DNA of 63,796 nucleotides, filler included, from Aduncisulcus paluster (taxonomy: Eukaryota), in assembly GCA_024181965.1 (NCBI GenBank). It is 18 parts of 18 records of this genome, joined end to end, with 100 filler letters (N's around TTAATTAATTAA, not from the genome) between each part and the next. Parts side by side here need not be neighbours in the genome. Positions count along the whole stretch, not along the records: positions 40,289 to 60,074 come from BQXS01011977.1; positions 60,175 to 61,752 come from BQXS01011978.1; positions 61,853 to 63,796 come from BQXS01011979.1; 15 more parts are not named here. One strand, 5' to 3'. Under the pieces are notes generated by a model. The model ran no database searches. It was not told where the DNA came from and saw only the letters and a program-made list of their open reading frames with translations. Shown here in pieces: positions 55,892-63,796 of the stretch (the first letter of the stretch is position 1; every line of letters begins with the position of its first letter). The position numbers were made by a program, and so were the translations under genes.

Positions 55892-58800
55892 ATGAATATT
55901 AATGTTGTAACGAGAATTAGACCTCGTGGGTCAAATCCTGCTCAGAAACTCTCAGGGAATCCAGATGAATACTTTTCTGTCGATAAATATGATATGTCTC
56001 TTCAATTAAAACTACCTTTAAAGGCTGATATCGATGAAAGTGTATTGTACAGACCTGAAGCTGAATCTCAACATAGAAAGCGAGATTTTAAGTTTAATTT
56101 CTCACATATATTAGATGAAGAATCTACACAAGAAGATGTATTTGATAAGCTCTGTTTGAAACCATTAAATAATGTAATAGAAGGGTATAATGCAACCATT
56201 TTTGCCTTCGGACAAACTGGAAGTGGAAAAGTATGTTTCTTGGATAATTTAAATATCTCTTTTTATTTTCATTCTATTTACATTATATTTCCATTATTAT
56301 TCTTTATTATTTTAAAATACTCTTCCTTCTTAGACATATACTATCACAGGTCATCCTTCAGATTATACGAAGAGAGGTCTTATGCCACGCGCATTAGAAT
56401 ATATTTTTGATAAACTTGATGCTATGAAATGTGAAACAGAAGTGACAATATCATATTTGCAGATATATCAAGGTGTTGGATATGATTTGTTGGGTGTTGA
56501 TGCTCGTGAATTTGAAGAGAAGCGGCGAAGTGTAACTCTTGATGATTTACCACGAGTTAAACAATTGGAAGATAGCGATAAGCAGATAAATCTTCGTGGA
56601 TTGTCAACTAAACGAGCCCAAAACGTTGGAGAAGCTCTTGAAATCTTATTCAATGGTGATTGCAATCGTATTGTCGTCGCTACTCCCCAGAATAATGCAT
56701 CTTCACGTTCCCATTGTGTATTTACTCTTCATTTGCGAACTAGACAAGAAGGTTCTGATGTTGTTAGGCATTCAAAGCTTAATTTCGTTGATCTTGCCGG
56801 AAGTGAGCGTGTTCACCGAACAATGGCTGACGGTACGATCTTACAAGAGGCCAAATATATTAATGGATCATTGTTTTCCCTTGAACAAGTCATTCATAAA
56901 CTCTCCGCCAAGAGTCGGCTTTCCAGGCGAGGCAACAAGAAAGCAGCCAAGAAAATACATGTTCCATACCGTACAAATCTTCTTACCATGGTTCTTAGGG
57001 ATTCTCTTGGAGGAAATAGTGTCACATCCATGCTTGCAACGATATCTGTGGAACCAAATAATATTCCAGAAACTATTTCAACATGTACATTCGCCATGAA
57101 TGTCGCTGAAATCAAGAATAACGCAATGGTAAATGAAGATCTCGATCCGAGGCTTGTGATTAAACGTCTAAAGCGTGAAAATGCCCAGTTAAAGGCCGAG
57201 ATTGTTCAAATGCGGGAAGCTCTGGCTGGAAATGGCAATATATTTGTCACTGAAAATCAAGAATTAAAGGCTGAAATAGCACAACTAAAGCAGGAAATAT
57301 CCAAATTGAGGATCCAATCGGCTGGATCACCAGGAACTGAAACAAATATAGAACAACAACGAGATTCGGTCAAACCAGATTCATCCACATCTCCAGGAGC
57401 TTCGTACGAAGAACTTGAAAGGTTGAAACGTCTTGTTCGGCAGAGAGATACGGAAATAGATATTCTCACAGAAATGCTGGATGAACAGGGCGGGGCCATG
57501 GGAACCGTGAAATCAGGCTCCCATACCAGAAGGAAGAGCGATGAAAGAGTGAGTGTTGTTGATGTGTATGACATTGATAAGAGATATAGAGTTTCTCAAG
57601 GAGATAAATATAGAGATTCGAGAGATACAGAAGAAGAGTATGATTCTTATGAGAGAGAGGAGAAAAGAGAGACAAAACGACCTATAATATCCAAGCCTGA
57701 GAGGAAAGAATACATCCCCGAGGAGGAACAATATCGTGATGTTGAAATTGCACAGCCTTCTTCCTCAGACTTTGCTTATCTCTCTAATACAAACCCCTTG
57801 TCCCTATCTCCTTCCATTCTTGATGATCGTAAGGCTCTTTTTGATGCATTCTACACTGGTTATTATGATAAGGAAGCAATTGAACGTACCCGCACAATGC
57901 TCAAGGAACGGTATGCCCAGGCAAAAGATCTTGCTCGAGTTGTGAAGGAGATGAGGGATGTTTTGGAGCATCATCGACACATATTGCTTGCTATTCCATC
58001 AGAAGATGGACAAATGGCTGCATCTGAAGCGGAACAATCTGCTTCTCGTCAGTATATCTCTCTCAACAAACCCAAATATAACGATTCTGTTGCAAAATTA
58101 AAAAAACTCAAATCTGAGGTTGAGCATATTCAGGCTATTCTTGATCGAGGTAAGAAGCAGATTCAGACTCACTTCAGTCAATGGCTTGAGTATTGTGCCG
58201 AATCCCTTGCCGAGAGAGAAGAGCAAGAGGAAGAGAAGAGATTGAGGATTCAACAAGAACATGACCGAGCAATTATGATGCGAGGAGCAGATATTGGTCG
58301 CCGAGAGTCATCAACATGGAGTGGTGATACCTCAGAGAGTGCAAGGTCGAGTGTTGGGTCGAGTGCAGATTCTAGTGGAAAGTATGAAAGAAAGACCGTA
58401 GGATCTTCCACATATAGTGGGAAACGTGGGGCTGATGAGGACAAGAGAAAGCCCAGCAGATCAACTTGGGAACAATATACGACAAGAGCTGAAGATGTAT
58501 ATAAAGGGAGAGAATATCCAAAGAGAACTCACAGTGGTACAGGTGGACAACGAACATCGATGTACGAAGCTGATTCCTTGGCTCGTTCTGGTCATTTCTC
58601 TTCACCAACTTCTGCAAGAGATGCTGGATATGAAAGTCCCCCAAAATATAAACCATATGTCAAGTCGAGTTCACACTCTGTTTCATCAAGATCTGTATCG
58701 ACAGGAGATGAAAAACTCGACTCCGAAATTNNNNNNNNNNNNNNNNNNNNGCTGATTCCTTGGCTCGTTCTGGTCATTTCTCTTCACCAACTTCTGCAAG

Positions 58801-58957
58801 AGATGCTGGATATGAAAGTCCCCCAAAATATAAACCATATGTCAAGTCGAGTTCACACTCTGTTTCATCAAGATCTGTATCGACAGGAGATGAAAAACTC
58901 GACTCCGAAATTATGGCTTTTTTCAAGGCTCAAAAAAAGGCCATTGGGAAAAAATAA
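55892..58957 (+). CDS. KIF6: Kinesin-9 family motor, KIF6-like. Intron 56231-56333. The 3' end is duplicated around the gap at 58731-58750.
   Basis: GQTGSGK|TYT, SSRSH, DLAGSER, EAKYINGSLFSLEQVI, NEDLDPRLVIKRL and a KIF6-type C-terminus TGDEKLDSEIMAFFKA. Confidence 0.88.
56231..56333 (+). other. Spliceosomal intron, 103 nt, splitting the P-loop
   Basis: GTATGT...CTTAG. Its removal restores GSGKT. Confidence 0.93.
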
Positions 58958-59873
58958 TGTCGTATTTTATTTTATTTTTTTATCAACTTCTAAAAAATAA
59001 ATTCCAATATTCTTGATTTTCGTGTAATTCTTTTGATAATAAGTATAAAATTAAGGAAGAAGCATTTTCTTGGATACTGGATGTAGGTTAGTAAGGTTTA
59101 GATGAATATTAATAAAATATTCAAATTCTAAAGATCCAATTCTTAATCTAAAAATATCAAGAGTAATAGATGACACATTACAATGTCAAGACAGAAGAAT
59201 GAACGTGAGAAGGGAAATAATTATAGATCCAGCAGATAGAATATTCCATGGGTATAAAAAATATTTTCCTACGGTAAAAAGGAATAGTTGTGACAGACTT
59301 TCCTTGAAAGATCCAGAGATCATGTCAAACACGTCATTGGCGAAACAAAGAGTTTGGCCCCAATAATTCTCAAATGAACAATATAATTATTCGTCCGATC
59401 AAGTGTAAAAACCAAACAATGACTCTGAGGACTCCAAAAGGTTGATAGTGTCGATATGGATCAGAGAAATGAGATCTTGTAAAAATCAACGTTGTCACAG
59501 AAAAATAAAAACGTATTCTTCATTTCAATGCAATATTACGGATTATTCAATGAAATCCATGTGTTCATAGTTTCTATATCACGACCAAAAAGCACAAATC
59601 ACTGATTTGCATCAATCCATTCATGTTACACCATATATTCTTTTTTATCCTTTCTTGCCGAATATTGTATTGTTAGGAATAATATTCTTCATCTCCGTAT
59701 ACCTTGTTGATTATACCGATTCCAGATCTGCAATTCGATGGTCCGATTCGAATCGGATGACCTCTTCATTCCTTTTTCTTTTCCTCCTTCATCCTTCACA
59801 AACATAAGATCAATATGCCTCTATCTGTTTTTTTCTTTTGTTTTTGTAACAAAGCTCGTATAAATATTTCATA

Positions 59874-60074
59874 ATGCAGATCTTCGTCCGTACTCTTACT
59901 GGAAAGACCATCACTCTTGATGTCGACCAATCTGATTCCATCGACTCTGTCAAAGCCAAGATCCAAGAGAAGGAAGGAATCCCTCCTGAACAACAGCGTC
60001 TTATCTTCGCTGGTAAACAGCTTGATGAGGGTCGTACTCTTGGAGACTACAACATCATGAAGGATTCTACCCTT
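59874..60074 (+). CDS. Ubiquitin or ubiquitin fusion, 3'-truncated
   Basis: [15 protein letters not shown]...[11 protein letters not shown]. Confidence 0.96.
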
Positions 60075-60174
60075 NNNNNNNNNNNNNNNNNNNNNNNNNN
60101 NNNNNNNNNNNNNNNNNNTTAATTAATTAANNNNNNNNNNNNNNNNNNNNNNNNNNNNNNNNNNNNNNNNNNNN

Positions 60175-60903
60175 CTTTCAAATGTGTTTTCAGTCATATC
60201 GTCCTCCCATTTACCCTTCCTTCTCAAATCCATTCCATCAATATCCATCATTCCTCCCATTGTGACACTAAAATCTCCCTCTTCCGATGGATATATATTC
60301 GCCACACATGTTTGTTCTGGGATGGGAAGGGTAAAGGCTTCACATGAGAAATGTAAGATTCCATCATATTACAATGTTTTGACTGGAAGTGAGATCAAAT
60401 GCAGATGTCTTGACTTCGGTCGTGTGTGTTATACAATTGATGAATTCAAAGTGAAAGATACTGTTAGTGAAGCTGCAGATGAAAAAGAGAAAGATGAAAA
60501 GGAGAAGGTTACAAGTGATACATCTAATCCTGAGCTTCCACAAACTGTCCACTCTTCCCTTATCCAATACACTCATCCACAACATCTCCTTGTCAAGATG
60601 ACATTCACAGAAGAGAGATCCATGAGACAATCCATGTATGACTTTATTGAACAGACTGGGGCTGGTGTGGAGGTATTGTTTGATGAACAGACACACTCGT
60701 TTGAGGGGTACAATCAATATGGATGGAAAGAGGGAATGGAAATCATTGTCGAAGAGGAAGAAGAGGAGAATGTTCACGAGGAAGAAATCGAAGAAATTGG
60801 TGAGCAAGAAAACCAGGAAGAAAATAATGATATGATTGAAGAATCCGATAGTATTGAGGATTATGAGGATACTATTGGCACAATTGAAGAAAGTGAAGAA
60901 TAA
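60175..60903 (+). CDS. Hypothetical protein with acidic C-terminus, 5'-truncated
   Basis: Frame is open from the contig start and ends in a Glu-rich tail. Confidence 0.7.
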   Translation, partial: LSNVFSVISSSHLPFLLKSIPSISIIPPIVTLKSPSSDGYIFATHVCSGMGRVKASHEKCKIPSYYNVLTGSEIKCRCLDFGRVCYTIDEFKVKDTVSEAADEKEKDEKEKVTSDTSNPELPQTVHSSLIQYTHPQHLLVKMTFTEERSMRQSMYDFIEQTGAGVEVLFDEQTHSFEGYNQYGWKEGMEIIVEEEEEENVHEEEIEEIGEQENQEENNDMIEESDSIEDYEDTIGTIEESEE

Positions 60904-61295
60904 GAAAGGATATGGAAAACATATCTGCTATTTCCTTGGTTTTTCTGATCGACTTAATCAGTCTGATCTCATTTGGAGAGCAATATTTGGAAAAAAATAT
61001 GAAACAAGTTATTTTAAAAAAAAATCAAATTGAGGATTATCAGCCCAATATCTTCGTTATGTGTTAAAATGATGTTCTTAAATGCTTAACAATGCTTAAT
61101 AATGGAAATATGAAATGACTTTTCTAAAAATAGAATTTCTAAAAATAGATTTTGTTCTTCCAAATACGTGTATTTGGTTCCATTTTTTGGTTTAAAAGCC
61201 TTTGATGCAATTTTTCTTATTTGGAATCAGCTCAATTGTAAATAGTAAACTATTCTTGTGATCAGTTGAAGATATCCGATAATAATCGAATCATT

Positions 61296-61410
61296 TGTGG
61301 CGTCTGGGTGGACTCTGAGGTATTCAATGACATCTCCTAGTGTTATGGCCCAGTTCTAAAAATAGAATACACATAGAAGATTTCTTTTTAGTAAATTTGC
61401 TACCGCAACA
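61296..61410 (+). mobile_element. Putative 5' LTR of element C (~115 bp, left boundary uncertain)
   Basis: TGTGGCG...CGCAACA is a 6/7 inverted match. CTAAAAATAG is at 61356-61365. Confidence 0.55.
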
Positions 61411-61424
61411 TTTTTGATCAAAAA
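61411..61424. promoter_or_regulatory. 14-bp palindrome TTTTTGATCAAAAA at the PBS position, element C
   Basis: Directly after the terminal CA and 9 bp before the ATG. Confidence 0.7.
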
Positions 61425-61433
61425 CAAAGGTAG

Positions 61434-61752
61434 ATGATAAGCCCTGAAACTGACCTTTTTCGAGTGCCTTTATTGGCAAAATACGGAGAAGCAGCCTTCC
61501 GGTCATTTCTTGAAAAATTTCGTAGATACCGAGCTCTGAATGGAAAAGCTGCCCTATTTGTGTGTATTACAGCACCAATCCGGAAGATCTACGAGAGTAT
61601 CGGGAAATGTCAACTTGTGAACCCAGCTATTCCAAATCCTGCTGATGATGGACTTCCTGTCGCTACCGAGAAGGTTTTCTTGAAAAAAATATCGGATTTT
61701 TATGGAAAAAAATCCGCGTTGGACGTATTATATGAATTACAACGTTTAAAAC
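61434..61752 (+). CDS. Putative retrotransposon Gag (capsid-like) N-terminus of element C, truncated
   Basis: The pattern P...AFRSFLEKFRRY...FLKKISDFYG....VLYELQRLK resembles Ty3/Gypsy capsid helices. Confidence 0.6.
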
Positions 61753-63211
61753 NNNNNNNNNNNNNNNNNNNNNNNNNNNNNNNNNNNNNNNNNNNNTTAA
61801 TTAATTAANNNNNNNNNNNNNNNNNNNNNNNNNNNNNNNNNNNNNNNNNNNNTGAAACAATGAGTGCTTCAATTTCTTTTGTCAACTCTTCAGTGCTTTT
61901 CATTGAGGAATGTAGAGGAATCAATATAATGTTATATCGTTATTATTATACGGAATCTTTGGGGTAAATTAATGAATTACAGAAATAACTAAGCGGACTA
62001 CAATGTAATAAAGGAACGTGGATGAGATTGAAGGTTGAAACAGCAACGAAAGCAATAAGCAATGTAAAATACATCTCCGAACAAAATGGATGACAAATTA
62101 TTTCCAGAAATGGAATGACATACTTGAAAATACAGCACCCAATACAAATATTATAACAACTGCAAGCAAAATATGGCTGGGCAAAAAATGACACCCCATT
62201 TTTGTTGGGAACTTGTCACGAGATGGGCTTTCAACTTTCTTGAATTCATTCGGCATGACAATATATAGAACCATGTGATATAAAAAATCTGCATGTTGGT
62301 GGAATTATCACAGGTTTTCTCAACTCATCACAAAGTCGCCATTTGGAGCGCCCACTGTCATATCTCTTGTGATTGAATGGGATAAAAATACACTTTCTAT
62401 CCGCTGCGAGATCATTTTATTCCTTGTACTGCACAGAGATTTGCAAGAAGGCTTCTTAATTGAATGAATGGATGTTTCCTGTCGAACTCCTTGAGCTTCT
62501 TTTCTAAAGACCATCCCTCGGAGCACAACTTTATTCCCAATGTGAGATCTTCCTTTTTTTGGTGTCGTGAAATTCACAGATACCGTTTCTAGCCTTCTAG
62601 GAGTCTAGTAGACTCTAGGACTGAGTCGACCAACGATGAAACTTTGAAATATGTCTTGTTGAGTACATCCAATTCATGATTAATATCAAATGTGATTGGA
62701 TGACTCCAGGAATCTCCAGCTCTCCATGACAAAGTTGTCTTAACTTCAATGATACCGTTCGAATTACTAATTATATAGTATATATTCGTTTCAATAATTT
62801 GCCTTTGTTCAAACGAATCTTCGTTTTACAGTTTGATTACTAAGTGGGACCTGGCAAATTTTACAATTCAAAAATCCGGACTCTTGATTCATGAAACATA
62901 AAAATCTGTCAACAGATTAATATTTTTATTCATCGAATTAGAATAATGATCTTCTTTCATTCTAACTGATCAAATAAATATGCATTATTACATATGAAAA
63001 TCTATTTGTTAATCATTAACATTATATTATATTTCATTCATTATTATTGAATTACAGTGTTAAAAAACGAATTAGAATTTAAGTTTTTGTAAAGAAATTA
63101 TTGTTCATCATCGTTTCATCACATTATAAAGCAAAACAACAACAATGGTATAAAATTGGATAATGTGAATTAATAATTGAGAGCGTTATTAAAAACTATT
63201 TTAAAATATTT

Positions 63212-63796
63212 TTAAAATTTTCCACCAAACTCGAAAGGAGTGAAAGGAGTCTGTTGGGCATGTCCTGAAGTAAATGAAGGCTGTGGGAACACAATATCAC
63301 TGAGAGTGGAAAACGCAGGAGCAGGATGACCAACGGACTGACGTCCCTGTCTTGGAGCTTCTTCGGTTGTTGGAGGGGGCTCTAAGGAAGAAGTCACACT
63401 GGAAGAGGTAGAGGAGGAAGGAAGGCTGGACGACGTAGCTTGGGGAGGAGTTCTCTTGGGTTCACTGGCAATGACCTTGTTGCGCATGACTAAAAACTCA
63501 TTGGCCAATTTTCCGACATATTCTTGAAGATTATTGAACTCAAGTTGAGCCTTGGAAACATAATCAGAATGATCTTGCTCCATCTGTTCTATTTTGGTCG
63601 AAAGTTTCTCAATAACAGTCTTTTGATGTTCACACAGAGTTGACAAGGTCTCAACAGTGGAGAGAAGGGCAGGATCAACGACGTAGCTTGGCATGGCAGA
63701 AGACACAGCAGGTGGAGGGGTCATGGAACGAGGCTCTGCTTGAGAACTACCTGTGACGTGCTCTTGGATGTCATCTTCTTCCTCTTCCTTCAGAGG
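63212..63796 (-). CDS. Hypothetical protein with a short coiled coil and Ser/Pro tail, 5'-truncated
   Basis: Open frame extends to the window edge. Confidence 0.7.
   Translation of the reverse strand, partial: PLKEEEEDDIQEHVTGSSQAEPRSMTPPPAVSSAMPSYVVDPALLSTVETLSTLCEHQKTVIEKLSTKIEQMEQDHSDYVSKAQLEFNNLQEYVGKLANEFLVMRNKVIASEPKRTPPQATSSSLPSSSTSSSVTSSLEPPPTTEEAPRQGRQSVGHPAPAFSTLSDIVFPQPSFTSGHAQQTPFTPFEFGGKF

Noticed and set aside
62595..62625. GAGTCTA-G-TAGACTC inverted repeat with CTAG motifs as a Helitron end
   Set aside because: Geometry and composition do not fit a Helitron hairpin and there is no supporting copy.
1..63796. Alternative genetic code, rRNA/tRNA genes, CRISPR arrays, operons
   Set aside because: Conserved genes end at TAA, TAG and TGA normally. 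I recognised no structural RNA gene or repeat-spacer array, although tRNAs could be missed by eye.

Overview
This is eukaryotic DNA made of 18 unrelated contigs/scaffolds joined by 17 artificial 100-bp linkers (N44-TTAATTAATTAA-N44), with four 20-N scaffold gaps that each have duplicated flanks. Adjacency across a linker means nothing. The genome is gene-dense, intron-poor and AT-rich between genes. It looks like a flagellated, probably anaerobic protist: it has a KIF6-type kinesin, a prokaryote-type Fe-ADH and a GrpE with an organellar presequence. The expanded LRR and kinase families are reminiscent of free-living fornicates such as Aduncisulcus, which is my inference and unverified. Recognisable genes: Prp18, Rpn8 (C-terminus), REEP/Yop1, NOM1/Sgd1-like, ASNSD1-like (frameshifted), Fe-ADH, two paralogous kinases, Utp23, NECAP, pyridoxal kinase, SUMO (spliced, absent from the ORF track), a reticulon-like protein, TRAPPC2L, an EamA transporter, CstF77, GrpE/Mge1, KIF6 and ubiquitin. 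Five short introns were reconstructed and all begin GTATGT. Mobile DNA includes a CMC/CACTA-type transposase fragment, a hAT transposase fragment and a ~1-kb repeat present twice. The most striking observation is three otherwise dissimilar putative LTR-retrotransposon 5' ends on three separate contigs. Each has a short TG...CA LTR containing CTA(A/T)4TAG, followed immediately by a perfect 14-bp palindrome (WTTTTGATCAAAAW) where a tRNA primer-binding site should be, and then a gag-like ORF. This suggests tRNA-independent fold-back or dimer priming.
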